Positions 42,194 to 53,481 of a stretch of 64,000 bases of DNA are shown here, one piece after another (the first letter of the stretch is position 1; every line of letters begins with the position of its first letter). The notes beneath the pieces were generated by a model. It was not told where the DNA came from. It made no database searches and worked only from the letters and a program-made list of their open reading frames with translations. The stretch comes from Opitutales bacterium (GTDB lineage Bacteria; Verrucomicrobiota; Verrucomicrobiia; Opitutales; UBA2987), in contig CBDDEL010000014.1 of assembly GCA_965226885.1 (NCBI GenBank), positions 256,001-320,000 on the forward strand, written 5' to 3'. Made by a program: the position numbers and the translations under genes.

Positions 42194-43066
42194 TTACTGG
42201 ACGTTTTGCAATTGCTCCCGGATGCGCTCGATTTCGTTTTTTGCCTCGAGGACGTTTTTGCTTATTTCGACCGCGATTGATTTCGATCCGATGGTGTTGC
42301 ATTCGCGAAGGATTTCTTGCAGAAGAAACTCAAGTTTGCGCCCGATGGAATCTTCTTGCGTCAAGATTTCGCTAAACTGTTGCAAATGGCTGCCCAATCG
42401 AACGAGCTCTTCGGAGATATCGCAACGGTCGGCAAAGAGGGCTATTTCCCTGAGAACCCTTTCATCATCAAGATCGAGTTCGAGCCCCGCCTGGCGCAGC
42501 CTTTTAAATAGGTTTTTCCGGTAACGGGAAACTTCGCCACTGGATTTTTCACGGATGTCGTCCAAAATCTTTTCCAGGGCCTCATGGCGCTCGGCCAGGT
42601 CTGCCAGAAGGGAAGCGCCCTCCTGCAGGCGCATGGCAAGAAGTTCTTCCAGGGCTTCACCCAGAGCCGTTTGCACAAGGGGCATAGCGGCCTCAGCTTC
42701 CCACAATTTGGAGTTTTTGCGATGGAGCATGGCCAACTTACCTAGCAGCACCATATTGGGTTCAAATGGGATTCCCGCCTCCCGGGCAAATTCGGCCAGG
42801 CTCCTCAACAACGATGCCGCACCCTCTCGGTCCCAAACAAAACCGTTTGGGGAATCCACGTCCTGACATTGTATGCTTACTTGAACTCGACCGCGTTTGA
42901 TGACAGTCCCGACCTCCGCGCAAATCATCCGATCAAGGGACTGCCATTCTTTAGGCATAGAGACATGCGTTTCCAGATTCCGGCGATTGACGGAGGTAAT
43001 TTCCACGACCAGATCCATACCGTCGTCGGTGGCGCTGCCACGGCCATATCCCGTCATGCTGTTCAT
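42194..43066 (-). CDS. yicC: YicC/YloC family endoribonuclease
   Basis: [49 protein letters not shown]. Confidence 0.93.
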   Translation of the reverse strand: MNSMTGYGRGSATDDGMDLVVEITSVNRRNLETHVSMPKEWQSLDRMICAEVGTVIKRGRVQVSIQCQDVDSPNGFVWDREGAASLLRSLAEFAREAGIPFEPNMVLLGKLAMLHRKNSKLWEAEAAMPLVQTALGEALEELLAMRLQEGASLLADLAERHEALEKILDDIREKSSGEVSRYRKNLFKRLRQAGLELDLDDERVLREIALFADRCDISEELVRLGSHLQQFSEILTQEDSIGRKLEFLLQEILRECNTIGSKSIAVEISKNVLEAKNEIERIREQLQNVQ

Positions 43067-44295
43067 ATTCTGGAAGTTAAAATTCGTTCCGCCTGCTCTA
43101 CATCTTTGTCACCCCGTCCGCTTAAATTCAAGCACAGGATTTGTTGGGAAGACATTTGCGGAGCGCGTTTCATGGCGTAGGCCAAAGCGTGTGAGGATTC
43201 CAGCGCCGGAATTATTCCCTCCGTGGAGGAAAGCACCTGAAAGGCTTCGAGGGCTTCTTCATCGGTGGCGCTTCCGAATTTGATGCGGCCCCGATCGTAA
43301 TAAAAAGCATGTTCGGGGCCGACAGCGGCATAATCCAGCCCCGCCGAAACGGAATGAGTAGGCTCTATCTGCCCGTCAGGATCCTGCAAAATCCAGGTCT
43401 TGCAACCGTGCAAAACACCGATCCGTCCACCCGCAAATCGGGCCGCATGGCGACCTGGACCAGTGCCGGGGCCGCGACCACCGGCTTCAACCCCCACCAG
43501 TTGAACGGATTCGTCTTCCAGAAAGTCCCAGAAAAACCCGATGGCATTGCTGCCTCCGCCCACGCAGGCGACCATTTCATGGGGAAGTGTATCCTCGTAT
43601 TCGAGTATCTGGCGGCGGGTTTCCTGCCCGATAACGCGATGAAAATTGCGCACCATCATGGGATAGGGGTGAGAACCGAGCGCGGAACCGAGGATGTAAT
43701 GGGTGTGGCGGACATTCGTTACCCAGTCCCGCATGGCTTCGTTGATGGCCTCTTTGAGGGTTTTTTGCCCCGCCTCGACGGCTCGCACTTCGGCCCCGCA
43801 AAGGCGCATGCGGAAAACATTGAGGGCCTGTCGCTCCATATCCACGGCGCCCATGTAAATGACGCAGCTGAGGCCGAATTTGGCGCAAACGGCGGCCGTC
43901 GCCACCCCATGCTGGCCGGCCCCGGTTTCGGCGATGATGCGCGTTTTACCCATCCTCCGGGCGAGCAGCACCTGGCCCAGGCAGTTGTTTATCTTGTGCG
44001 CCCCGGTATGAAGCAGGTCTTCGCGTTTGAGGTAAATTTTGGCGCCGCCCAAGCGCTCGCTGAGATTACGGGCATGGAAAAGTTCGGTTGGCCGCCCGGC
44101 GTATTCCTTTAAATGTTTTTGTAATTCCTGGTCGAAGGTGGGATCCGATCTGGCTTCCTCATAGGCTTCCTGCAATTCATACAACGCCGTCATCAAGGTT
44201 TCCGGCACATACATACCGCCGTAAGGCCCGAAATGACCTCGTTGGTCGGGCAAAGAAAACCGGTCGATGGTGGATTTTTGCAAAATTATGGGCAT
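43063..44295 (-). CDS. trpB: Tryptophan synthase beta chain
   Basis: [38 protein letters not shown]. Confidence 0.97.
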   Translation of the reverse strand: MPIILQKSTIDRFSLPDQRGHFGPYGGMYVPETLMTALYELQEAYEEARSDPTFDQELQKHLKEYAGRPTELFHARNLSERLGGAKIYLKREDLLHTGAHKINNCLGQVLLARRMGKTRIIAETGAGQHGVATAAVCAKFGLSCVIYMGAVDMERQALNVFRMRLCGAEVRAVEAGQKTLKEAINEAMRDWVTNVRHTHYILGSALGSHPYPMMVRNFHRVIGQETRRQILEYEDTLPHEMVACVGGGSNAIGFFWDFLEDESVQLVGVEAGGRGPGTGPGRHAARFAGGRIGVLHGCKTWILQDPDGQIEPTHSVSAGLDYAAVGPEHAFYYDRGRIKFGSATDEEALEAFQVLSSTEGIIPALESSHALAYAMKRAPQMSSQQILCLNLSGRGDKDVEQAERILTSRI

Positions 44296-44500
44296 TTTTT
44301 TATTTTTGGCCCCTCAGCAGTTTTTATGGGGAATGATGAAATAAATGATGCAGGGTATGTGATCCACGATGGATTTGTCGAGACCTAACAACTGGAGACA
44401 AAGGATAGGAGACAGAATCCTGCATCCAGTATCATGTCTTTCGCATCCGCCCGCAAAAATTGCCGGAAGGGCTCCATTTTTAAGGCGCCGCGGGCAATCT

Positions 44501-45940
44501 TCAACTATGTTTCACGGTAACTATGGTGATATCGTCGGGTTGCCCATTGGAGCCGGAAAACCGGGCTACGCTGTCCAGGATGCCTTGATTCATGTCCACT
44601 GCGGATAGGTTGCGCAACTCCTTAATGCGGTCGGCCAGTCTTTCGGCGCTGAATTCGGTTCCGTCAAAATTGGATGCCTCGGTCACGCCATCGGTGTATA
44701 GAACGAAAATATCGCCTTTTTGGAAAGGTATTATTTTGTCCTCGATGACTTCTTCGAAGAGCTTGGCCGGAACCATGCCGAGGGCCATGCCCTCGGAGCC
44801 GATGGTGCGGGTGCGAAATAGATTTGTCTTCTCGTCCTTGTGACCCAAAAGGGGCAATTCATGACCACCCCGGGCGATCGTTATTTCGTCCTTTTTGGGA
44901 TCGACGATTGCATAAGCCAGGGTGACAAACATATCCTTGCTCATTTCTTCGTTGAGCACCGAATTGAGCCGCGAAAGGACGCGGGCGGGCGAAGAACAAT
45001 TTTTAGCGAAATGGCGCAGGTTGCTCTGGCAGATGGCCATGAGCAGTGAGGCGGGGATGCCTTTGCCGGAAACGTCCGCAATGGCGACGCCTATTTTATC
45101 GCGCCCGACGCTGAAAACATCATACAGATCGCCTCCCACCTTTTGGGCCGGCAGGTAGCGGGCATCGACTTCGAGACCCGGTTTTTGGGGGAAATTTTTC
45201 GGCAGCAACATCCCCTGAATGTTGCTGGCCAGCGCCAGATCGAGATCGAGTTTGTTTTTTTCGATCTGTAGGTTCATGATGTCCGCGTTGTGGATGGCCA
45301 GCCCGGCCTGCTCCGCCAGCGAGTCAACGAGAGAAAAATCGGTTTCGTTGAAGGACAGGCCGTCGGCAGGATTGGCCACCGCCAGAACCCCAAGATTTTT
45401 CTCCTTGAAGCGGATCGGCACCAGCACGATGGACCAGACGGTAAGCGAAGGGTCGTCATGACGGATGATGCGCGGGTCCCTGCCGGCATCCGCGATGAGC
45501 ATGCCTTCCCCCGTTTTGGCCACTTCACCGACCAGCCCTTCGCCCATCTCGAGCACTTCGGAGCGCAGCACCTGCTCGATAAATTTGGTGCGAGTGGTAA
45601 TTTTCATGGCCGTGCTCACGGGGAGTGGTTTTTGGGGCGGGAAAAGCCCCTCCACGACGACTCCGCGCAAGCGCCCATCGCCATTTTTCTCGAAGACGCA
45701 GGCGCTCAAGGCGCCGGTGCTGAGGATGGCGGCGTGCACCACCCTTTTAAAAAGTTCGGTTCGATCCACCCCCTCGCCGATGGCTTCCACCATGTTGTGC
45801 ATGAATTCGAGGACGATCTGCTGCTCCTGGTGCAATAGCTGCCGTTGCTCGTCCAGGCGCGTTATTTCCCGGCGGGTGGAAAGGTAAAATACTCCTCCAA
45901 TGAGCGCTCCCAGCGCCAGGCCCAGTAAAAACAGCCACAT
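44501..45940 (-). CDS. GAF + SpoIIE/PP2C phosphatase (RsbU-like)
   Basis: N-terminal TM, GAF domain, VGGDLYD, IADVSGKG, YTDGVTEA, DDITI. Confidence 0.9.
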   Translation of the reverse strand: MWLFLLGLALGALIGGVFYLSTRREITRLDEQRQLLHQEQQIVLEFMHNMVEAIGEGVDRTELFKRVVHAAILSTGALSACVFEKNGDGRLRGVVVEGLFPPQKPLPVSTAMKITTRTKFIEQVLRSEVLEMGEGLVGEVAKTGEGMLIADAGRDPRIIRHDDPSLTVWSIVLVPIRFKEKNLGVLAVANPADGLSFNETDFSLVDSLAEQAGLAIHNADIMNLQIEKNKLDLDLALASNIQGMLLPKNFPQKPGLEVDARYLPAQKVGGDLYDVFSVGRDKIGVAIADVSGKGIPASLLMAICQSNLRHFAKNCSSPARVLSRLNSVLNEEMSKDMFVTLAYAIVDPKKDEITIARGGHELPLLGHKDEKTNLFRTRTIGSEGMALGMVPAKLFEEVIEDKIIPFQKGDIFVLYTDGVTEASNFDGTEFSAERLADRIKELRNLSAVDMNQGILDSVARFSGSNGQPDDITIVTVKHS

Positions 45941-45962
45941 AATTTGATTCTCTATTCCAGAG

Positions 45963-46472
45963 TTATTCCGAATCAACCTGATTTTTTAAGAAATCAATTA
46001 CGTCCTGAAATTTGGATTTGTTGCTCTCCTCGATATCGATCAGGTTTTCATGGGCCTGGAGGATGAGTTTGGCATTTTCGATCTTTTTGTGGTTCACCAG
46101 CTTAATCTTTTCCACCGGACTCTCGAATTCCATCGGGAATTCCCCTGAATCGACATTGACGATGCGGTGCAAACCAAGATTGCGCACCAGTTCGAGGTTT
46201 CGCCTCGACAACCGGCATAGAGAGACGCTGCCGGCCGGCCGCATATTACCAACATCGAGAGCGAGTCCCGCGATAATGCCCAGAAAAGTGCTGTCCATGG
46301 TTTGGCAATCTTTAAAATCGAAGATAAAGCTTTTCTTCCCGGCCTTGATCATGCGAGCTAAAAAATCGCTCACCGGAGCGGAATTGAGGTAGCTGGCCCG
46401 TCCATTGATTTTCACTACGATGGGCTCGACATAGGTCTTGACGAGGAAGACCGATTCCTTGTTCAGGGGCAT
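45963..46472 (-). CDS. STAS-domain anti-sigma factor antagonist
   Basis: DFKDCQTMDSTFLG phosphoserine motif; C-terminal AHENL extension. Confidence 0.88.
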   Translation of the reverse strand: MPLNKESVFLVKTYVEPIVVKINGRASYLNSAPVSDFLARMIKAGKKSFIFDFKDCQTMDSTFLGIIAGLALDVGNMRPAGSVSLCRLSRRNLELVRNLGLHRIVNVDSGEFPMEFESPVEKIKLVNHKKIENAKLILQAHENLIDIEESNKSKFQDVIDFLKNQVDSE

Positions 46473-46482
46473 GAGCGAAGCA

Positions 46483-49203
46483 TTAACCTACAGAACCTAA
46501 TATACTCCTTAATACATAGGGAAGAATGCCTCCGTGTCGATAATATTCGATCTCAATCGGAGTATCCAGACAGGCGGTCATGGAAACGGACTCTGTGTCT
46601 CCCGTGTGGCGGGTGATTTCCAGGACAACCTCCTGCCGTGGCTGCGGGTCCGCCCCCAGCCCTCGCAGGGAAAAAGTTTCCGACCCGTCGAGGCCAAGGC
46701 TTTGATGGGTCTGCCCATCCCTGAACTGCAAGGGTAGCACACCCATTCCGATCAGGTTACTGCGGTGGATGCGCTCGAAAGAACTGGCCGCCACGGCCCG
46801 AACTCCCAGCAAGGAGGAGCCTTTGGCCGCCCAATCGCGGGAGCTGCCCATCCCGTAATCATGGCCTGTAAACACGATCAAGGGTATCTTCCTCTGCGCA
46901 TAAATCTGACAGGCGTCGTAAATCGGCATCAAATCTCCCTCCGGCATCAGCTTGGTCCAACCGCCCACCCGGCCGTCGGCCATGAGGTTCTTGAACCGCA
47001 CATTGGCGAAAGTGCCCCTGGTCATGACGCGATCGTTGCCCCGCCGGGAACCGAAGGAATTAAAATTTTTCGGCTCGATGCCGGCCGCCACCAGGTATTT
47101 CCCGGCCGGCCCGTCGGCCGGAATGGCCCCCGCCGGCGAAATATGGTCGGTTGTGACGGAATCGCCCACCAGGGCTAGGGCTCTCATCCCTTCCAATTTC
47201 CCAATGGCGCCGGGTTGCATGGAAAATTCATCGAAAAAAGGCGGTATTTGAATGTAGGTGCTCTTTTCGTCCCAACCATAGAGCGCCCCTGTGGATGATT
47301 CGATGGCGCTCCAACTCGGATTGGCCTCCAGGATGTCTGCATACTGGCGTACATACATCTCGGGCGTGAGACCGGTGGCTATCTTTTCCTGCACTTCGGC
47401 CTGCGAGGGCCATAAGTCTCTCAAATAAACCGGATTCCCCTCTTTATCTTCGCCCAGAGGTTCGTTCTCAAGATCGATGTCCACCTTCCCCGCCAGGGCG
47501 TAAGCCACCACCAGAGGGGGAGACATGAGGTAATTGGCCCGGATCGAGGAATGCACCCGGGCCTCGAAATTGCGATTGCCGGATAGCACGCTGGCGGCCA
47601 CCAGGTTGCCGGTTTTCAACGCTTTTTCGACCTCTTCGTCGAGGGGGCCGCTGTTACCAATGCAGGTCGTGCACCCATAGCCGACGAGGTTGAAACCTAA
47701 TTGATCCAGATAGGGTTGCAGGCCCGTTTTGGCCAAGTAATCGGTCACCACCCGGGAACCGGGGGCCAGACTGGTTTTGACCGTGGAGTTGACCCGAAGG
47801 CCCCGTTCGACCGCTTTTTTGGCCAGCAGCCCGGCGGCTACCATGACGCTAGGGTTGCTCGTGTTGGTGCAGCTGGTGATGGCCGCGATGAGAACGGAGC
47901 CGTGTCCAATGGAGGGGTCGTGACCATTTCCGCCGTTGCCATCGAGGTTGATTTTTCGGCTCAACTCGTCCGCCTCCAGCCCGAAACCTCCGGCGCTTTC
48001 CTCTTTCTGCAATTGGCTCAAAAAAGTGTTTTTAAGCTCCGGCATGTCGATCCTGTCCTGCGGCCTGCGGGGACCGGCTACACTGGGCACGATGGAGGCC
48101 AGGTCGAGTTCCAGGCTCTTGCTGTAGTCCACTTCCCCTTGACGCGGAATGCCGAACATTTTCTGGGCTTCAAAATAATCGCGGATCAAGTCCAGCCGCT
48201 CCTCCGAACGACCGGTCATACGCAAATAATCGAGGGTTTTTTCGTCAACCGGGAAATACCCCAAGGTGGCGCCGTATTCGGGAGCCATATTGGCCATAGT
48301 GGCTCGGTCGGCCAATGTCAGGTTGGCCGCTCCTTCCCCGTAAAACTCGACAAATTTGCCGACCACTTTTTCTTCCCGCAGCATCTGGGTAACCCGCAGG
48401 GTGAGGTCGGTGGCGGTGACTCCTTCGCATAGTTTTCGCGACAGGTGCACCCCGATCACCTCCGGGGTGAGGAAATAAACGGGCTGGCCCAGCATTCCGG
48501 CTTCTGCCTCAATGCCACCGACGCCCCAGCCGACCACTCCCAGGCCGTTGATCATGGTGGTGTGCGAATCCGTCCCCACCAGAGTGTCCGGGTAAAAAAC
48601 GCTGCTGGCGCCGACCGTTTTTTCAAAAACGACCTTGGCCAGGTATTCGAGGTTGACCTGGTGTACGATGCCGATGGCCGGAGGCACTATGCTGACCGTT
48701 TTAAAGGCTTGCTGGCCCCATTTAAGGAACTGGTAGCGCTCCCGGTTGCGCTCGAACTCGATTTCCAGGTTTTGCTGAAAAGCTGCCGCCGTCCCCGAAC
48801 GATCGACCTGCACCGAGTGGTCCACCACCAGATCGACCGGCACCAGGGGCTCGATCAACAAAGGATCGCCGCCGAGTTTCTGGACCGCGTCCCGCATGGC
48901 CGCCAGATCGACGAGGAGCGGCACCCCCGTAAAATCCTGCAAGACGATACGGGAGACGACAAAGGGTATTTCCGCCGAGGAGGGTTCCGGCGCCTGCCAG
49001 CCGGCCAGCGTCTTGATGTCCTCTTCCTGGATGGTCCGCCCATCGCAGTTGCGCAGAACGGATTCCAGAACAATACGCAAACTGACGGGCATTCGCGAGA
49101 TGGGCCCCAGACCGGCTTCTTCCAAAGCGGGCAGCGAGTAGAGGAAGCCGTTGTTGAATTCCCGCAGGCTGTTAAAGGGATTGTTTAATTTGAGATCGCT
49201 CAT
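46483..49203 (-). CDS. acnA: Aconitate hydratase A
   Basis: [45 protein letters not shown]. Confidence 0.97.
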   Translation of the reverse strand: MSDLKLNNPFNSLREFNNGFLYSLPALEEAGLGPISRMPVSLRIVLESVLRNCDGRTIQEEDIKTLAGWQAPEPSSAEIPFVVSRIVLQDFTGVPLLVDLAAMRDAVQKLGGDPLLIEPLVPVDLVVDHSVQVDRSGTAAAFQQNLEIEFERNRERYQFLKWGQQAFKTVSIVPPAIGIVHQVNLEYLAKVVFEKTVGASSVFYPDTLVGTDSHTTMINGLGVVGWGVGGIEAEAGMLGQPVYFLTPEVIGVHLSRKLCEGVTATDLTLRVTQMLREEKVVGKFVEFYGEGAANLTLADRATMANMAPEYGATLGYFPVDEKTLDYLRMTGRSEERLDLIRDYFEAQKMFGIPRQGEVDYSKSLELDLASIVPSVAGPRRPQDRIDMPELKNTFLSQLQKEESAGGFGLEADELSRKINLDGNGGNGHDPSIGHGSVLIAAITSCTNTSNPSVMVAAGLLAKKAVERGLRVNSTVKTSLAPGSRVVTDYLAKTGLQPYLDQLGFNLVGYGCTTCIGNSGPLDEEVEKALKTGNLVAASVLSGNRNFEARVHSSIRANYLMSPPLVVAYALAGKVDIDLENEPLGEDKEGNPVYLRDLWPSQAEVQEKIATGLTPEMYVRQYADILEANPSWSAIESSTGALYGWDEKSTYIQIPPFFDEFSMQPGAIGKLEGMRALALVGDSVTTDHISPAGAIPADGPAGKYLVAAGIEPKNFNSFGSRRGNDRVMTRGTFANVRFKNLMADGRVGGWTKLMPEGDLMPIYDACQIYAQRKIPLIVFTGHDYGMGSSRDWAAKGSSLLGVRAVAASSFERIHRSNLIGMGVLPLQFRDGQTHQSLGLDGSETFSLRGLGADPQPRQEVVLEITRHTGDTESVSMTACLDTPIEIEYYRHGGILPYVLRSILGSVG

Positions 49204-49302
49204 CAATCAATTTATTTTTTTCAACTCCTGGTTTAATTTAATAATAGGAGAGATTTGATTGCATGGATATTGCAACCTGAAGCCGATTGCGCCGCCAGTC
49301 GC

Positions 49303-49779
49303 TCAGGAGCCGCCCAGGGCCGCTTTTATTTCATCAAAGGATGGTAGGTTTTGAGGGTCATCGGAGGACCAGCTGTAAACGATGTCGCCTTCCTTGTTGA
49401 TGACGAAAGCCGAGCGTTTGGCTACGCCTTTGAGACCGATCAAGTCTTCGTAAAGAACATCGTAGGCAGCCGCCGCCTCTTTGTTGAAATCGCTCAAAAG
49501 GGTGACCGATATATTGTTGGTCTGAGCCCAGCCCTCCTGCGAAAAGGGGCTGTCCACACTAATGCCGTAAACGGCCGCGTCGACCGCTGCATATTCACCC
49601 AGAGCCCCGCTCACGCTGCACATCTCGTCGGTGCAAACCCCAGTGAATGCGAGGGGAAAGAAGAGCAGAACGGTTTGTTGTGAGCCAAAGTTGGCGCTCA
49701 AGGTGACATCCTCCAATCCATCGGCCGTTTTTGTTTTTAGAGTGAAATCGGGTGCTTTTTGTCCAGTTTCCAGTGCCAT
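49303..49779 (-). CDS. Peroxiredoxin (AhpC/TSA, AhpE/BCP-like)
   Basis: FFPLAFTGVCTDEMC (PxxxTxxC), GISVD, LLSD, RSAFVI. Confidence 0.9.
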   Translation of the reverse strand: MALETGQKAPDFTLKTKTADGLEDVTLSANFGSQQTVLLFFPLAFTGVCTDEMCSVSGALGEYAAVDAAVYGISVDSPFSQEGWAQTNNISVTLLSDFNKEAAAAYDVLYEDLIGLKGVAKRSAFVINKEGDIVYSWSSDDPQNLPSFDEIKAALGGS

Positions 49780-49935
49780 AGTATTTCCTTATTATTGAAT
49801 TAGTGAAAACCCCATAAAATGAGTGCCATAGCCCTCCACGGCAATCGAAATCGGTCGTCCTGGGAGCGAATTTTCCGGCCATGAAATTATTTTTTGATCT
49901 GGAGCCACCACTAATTATCCTTCACCCTTCTCCTC

Positions 49936-51123
49936 ATGACGCCTCTCCAAATCATCCAAAGCAACACCGTGGACATCATCAGCCTGGAAGACCTGCAGGA
50001 GCGGCTCGGCCAGGATCGCCCGCTGAAGGTCAAGCTGGGGATCGATCCCACACGGCCCGATCTCACACTCGGGCACATGGTGGTATTTAACAAATTGCGG
50101 CAGTTTCAGGACCTGGGGCACGAGGCCATTCTCATCATCGGCGATTTCACCACCTGGATCGGTGACCCCTCGGGGCGCTCTGCCACCCGCCCCGTTCTGA
50201 CCAAAGAGGAGATCGAAGAAAACGCCAGCACCTACCTCGACCAGGCTTTCAAAATCCTTGATAAAAACAAAACCACTGTTCGCCATAACAGCGAGTGGTT
50301 CACGAAAATGACCTTCCAGGATGCCCTCGCCCTCTCCCGCCGGATGACGGTCGCACGCATGCTTGAGAGGGACGATTTTGCCAAACGCTACAAGGACAAC
50401 ACCCCCATCTCGATCATCGAATTTCTCTACCCGCTGGTGCAAGGCCAGGACTCCCTCGCCATCAAGGCCGATATCGAACTGGGCGGCACGGACCAGCTCT
50501 TCAACATGCTGGTGGGCCGCAACCTGCAAAAAACCGGAGGCAAACCGGGGCAAATCGTCATCACCATGCCCCTCCTCGTCGGCCTCGACGGGGTAAAAAA
50601 GATGTCCAAAAGCATGGACAACTACATCGCCTTCAACGACAGCCCCAAAAACATCTTCGGCAAAATCATGTCCCTCACCGACGAAGCGATGGGCGAATAC
50701 TACCGCCTCCTCCTTCTCGCTTCCAAAGAACAATTAAAAACACTCGCCGGCGAACACCCCATGGAAGCCAAAAAGAACCTCGCCCAGCAAATGACGGCCA
50801 AACTCTATGACGAAGAGACCGCCCGCCACGAAAGGGAACAATTCGAGAAAGTCTTCACCCGCCGCCAAACCCGCGACGACATGCCCACCTTTCAATGGCA
50901 CGACCTAACCGATAAAGAAGAGGACACCCTCCTCAACCTGATGGCCGCAACCAACCTCTTCCCCAGCAAAAAAGAAGCCCGCCGCCTCATCCAGCAAGGA
51001 GCCGTAAAAATCAACACCCAACGTTGCGAAAACCCTCAGCATATCCTAAAAAATTCCCAACCCAACCAACCAACCACCATACAGGCCGGCAAAAGAACCT
51101 TCTTCAAAATCCACCCCGAATAA
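49936..51123 (+). CDS. tyrS: Tyrosine--tRNA ligase
   Basis: GIDPT..DLTLGH, ELGGTDQ, KMSKS, C-terminal S4 domain. Confidence 0.96.
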   Translation: MTPLQIIQSNTVDIISLEDLQERLGQDRPLKVKLGIDPTRPDLTLGHMVVFNKLRQFQDLGHEAILIIGDFTTWIGDPSGRSATRPVLTKEEIEENASTYLDQAFKILDKNKTTVRHNSEWFTKMTFQDALALSRRMTVARMLERDDFAKRYKDNTPISIIEFLYPLVQGQDSLAIKADIELGGTDQLFNMLVGRNLQKTGGKPGQIVITMPLLVGLDGVKKMSKSMDNYIAFNDSPKNIFGKIMSLTDEAMGEYYRLLLLASKEQLKTLAGEHPMEAKKNLAQQMTAKLYDEETARHEREQFEKVFTRRQTRDDMPTFQWHDLTDKEEDTLLNLMAATNLFPSKKEARRLIQQGAVKINTQRCENPQHILKNSQPNQPTTIQAGKRTFFKIHPE

Positions 51124-51183
51124 TTCCAATTTTGTTAACAAAATAACGATAAATATCAATAAGACCGAATAACGACACGACCC

Positions 51184-51271
51184 TTTTGAACTCTATGTTA
51201 TAGCGTCTTTTTCCCATTCTTCGATTTTCAATTTTGGAGAATCCCGTGTCCATTTTTTCCAGCACCCATCA
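51184..51271 (-). mobile_element. Degenerate IS3 left-end remnant
   Basis: Aligns with 26705-26792 (orfA start and IR) with many substitutions. Confidence 0.7.
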
Positions 51272-51360
51272 GTTTTCTCGGCACATGCCGCCAGTAATAT
51301 TTTCTCAATGAGCGCAACCAATTCGTTCATTCCGGCTTACCGGAAACGCGGCCTGGCCAT

Positions 51361-52005
51361 TTATTTGCTGCGGATGCCGTCGAGGACGAGGTGGAGGGCT
51401 TGCTCAAGGCCGTTTTGGCGCACTTCTTTGTCTCCCAAATCCATTTCCAGCGCTTGGCTCAGGGTGTAGCGGTTGGAGTGGTAGATGAAGCACAGCCCGA
51501 TGAAGTTGATGAGCAGGTGCTTGACGTTGACCGAACGGTCGAAGATGCCTATTTCCTTGCCTTCTTCGATGATGGCGCCGAGGTGGGCGATAACCGGGTT
51601 TTTGGTCAGCAGGTGGCCGTGTTTTTGGATCGCACGGCCATGGTTGAGGTTTTCCCACAGCAGCAGGTTGACGAATTCGGGGTTGTCGGCCAGGAAGGTG
51701 AAGTAGCTGGAGAGAATATGTTTGAGGGTCTCCTCGGGCGATTGGGGCTTTTCAAAAATTTTCAACTCGAGCCGTTCGAGCCGCTGGTAAACTTCCAGCA
51801 GGACGGCATGGTAGAGATTTTCCTTGCTCCCGAAGTAGTGATAGACCATCCGTTTGTTGACGCCGGCAGCGTTCACGATTTTGTCTACCGAGACCCCGTT
51901 GTAACCGTCTCGGGAAAAAAGCCCGATAGCGGTTTTAAGCAATCGCTCGCGGGTGTTGGGAGGCCGCGGTTTTTTTCTCGAAAAAGACTTGTCTTTATTT
52001 TTCAT
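51361..52005 (-). CDS. TetR/AcrR-family regulator (RutR/NicS-like)
   Basis: N-terminal HTH (VNKRMVYHYFGSKENL); LLLWENL and SNRYTLS C-terminal motifs. Confidence 0.9.
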   Translation of the reverse strand: MKNKDKSFSRKKPRPPNTRERLLKTAIGLFSRDGYNGVSVDKIVNAAGVNKRMVYHYFGSKENLYHAVLLEVYQRLERLELKIFEKPQSPEETLKHILSSYFTFLADNPEFVNLLLWENLNHGRAIQKHGHLLTKNPVIAHLGAIIEEGKEIGIFDRSVNVKHLLINFIGLCFIYHSNRYTLSQALEMDLGDKEVRQNGLEQALHLVLDGIRSK

Positions 52006-52009
52006 GCAC

Positions 52010-52025
52010 GTAACCATTTAGTTAC
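52010..52025. promoter_or_regulatory. Putative TetR operator (GTAAC-N6-GTTAC) in the divergent promoter region
   Basis: Inverted repeat between the tetR ATG and the epimerase ATG; minus-strand TTGACA at 52045-52040. Confidence 0.5.
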
Positions 52026-52061
52026 TATTTACTGAATTTTGTCAAATTTTTAAGGGAACCA

Positions 52062-53090
52062 ATGGGAATCTTGCCTTGCCACGCCGCGGAGATAGACTCG
52101 TTTATTGCAACACCGACCCCGAACTCAATAGAGGCATTGGCAAATGTCAAAGGAGATGTCATGGTTCTGGGAGCGGGGGGAAAGATGGGGCTGCACCTGT
52201 CCCTGGCCCTGCAGGAGGGTTTTCGGCGCCTGGGCCGGGACAATCGTGTGATAGCGGTGTCGCGCTTCCAGAGCCTGCGCCCGCGCATCGATTTCGAGAA
52301 GTTCCGCATCGAGACCCATCGGTGCGACTTGAGCGTGGCCGAGGAACTGGAGAATCTACCTGATTGCCCCAACATATTTTACCTGGCGGGGATAAAATTC
52401 GGCACCGCCTCCGCCCCGCAGATGCTCCAGCGGATGAACGTGCACACGCCGGAACTGGTGGCCAAAAAATTCAGCCATTCGCGCCTGGTAGTCTTTTCCA
52501 CTGGCTGTGTCTACTCCTTTGTGCCGATAAACTCGGGCGGGTCGCGGGAAGAGGACCAGGCCGACCCGGTGGGCACCTATGCGCGCTCCTGCCTGGGCCG
52601 GGAAGAAGCGTTCATCCACTGCTCGCGCCAACAAGGCACACCCTGCGCCATCGTGCGGCTCAATTACTCGGTGGAATTCCGCTACGGGATACTCATGGAC
52701 ATAGCGGAAAAAGTCTATCAAGGCCAGCCCGTCGATGTCACCACTGGCCATTTCAACGCCATCTGGCAAGGCGATGCCATCGCCTACATCATCCAGACAC
52801 TATCATACGCGACCTCTCCGCCCTTCATCCTGAACGTGGCCGGATCGCAAACCCTCTCGGTGCGCCAGGTGGCCCAAAGATTCGGAGAAATATTCGACAA
52901 AGAGCCGATCATCACGGGACAGGAAGCAAAGACGGCCTGGCTCAACAACGCGCAAAAATCCCGGCGCCTGTTCAACGGAAAAGAAGTGGACATAGAGCAA
53001 ATCATCGCCTGGACGGCAGCCTGGCTGCAAGCCGACGGAGAAACCTGGGGCAAACCGACCCTCTTCGAGCAGCGCACCGGAAATTTCTAA
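52062..53090 (+). CDS. NAD-dependent epimerase/dehydratase family protein
   Basis: VLGAGGKMG Rossmann motif, KFGT, STGCVY, YARSCLGRE, RLNY. Confidence 0.88.
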   Translation: MGILPCHAAEIDSFIATPTPNSIEALANVKGDVMVLGAGGKMGLHLSLALQEGFRRLGRDNRVIAVSRFQSLRPRIDFEKFRIETHRCDLSVAEELENLPDCPNIFYLAGIKFGTASAPQMLQRMNVHTPELVAKKFSHSRLVVFSTGCVYSFVPINSGGSREEDQADPVGTYARSCLGREEAFIHCSRQQGTPCAIVRLNYSVEFRYGILMDIAEKVYQGQPVDVTTGHFNAIWQGDAIAYIIQTLSYATSPPFILNVAGSQTLSVRQVAQRFGEIFDKEPIITGQEAKTAWLNNAQKSRRLFNGKEVDIEQIIAWTAAWLQADGETWGKPTLFEQRTGNF

Positions 53091-53481
53091 AACCACCCCC
53101 CCCCAACCCATTGAAGGGTTTCCAATGGGTGCAAAACGAAACCTAAATACTAAAAACGTAAGAAATGCCGGCATTGAAACGGATCCTGTCTGCAATAAAT
53201 TCCCAGGTGGTGGACTCGAGCAAATCCTGTAGGATATTTAATGGCCAGATATTTTGTTGACATGCCGATATTTTAGCAAATCTGGTGTCGATGGAAAGTT
53301 CGACCTGTCTTCAACTCTTTTCTCTAATTGTTAATACTTATAGCACCTGATCGTCGGTGCGGATGCGGAAAAGGGATTCGAGTCTGAACGGGCGAATGAC
53401 CGCTTTCATCATTTTCAAATCATTATGAAAATTTAACTGCCCGGTTATAATCTCAATGAGATATGGAGTTTCAAACAAAGA

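Noticed and set aside
44394..44450. Imperfect heptamer repeats (GGAGACA/AAGGATA...TGCATCC) upstream of trpB as an attenuator
   Set aside because: No Trp-rich leader peptide or clear terminator/antiterminator pair; at most a degenerate hairpin
49915..50733. Long antisense ORFs opposite tyrS (272 aa) and tetR (214 aa)
   Set aside because: By-product of biased codon usage on the sense strand; no recognisable motifs
53106..53130. Hairpin ACCCATTG...CAATGGGT after the epimerase gene as an intrinsic terminator
   Set aside because: The stem is real but no U-tract follows it on either strand
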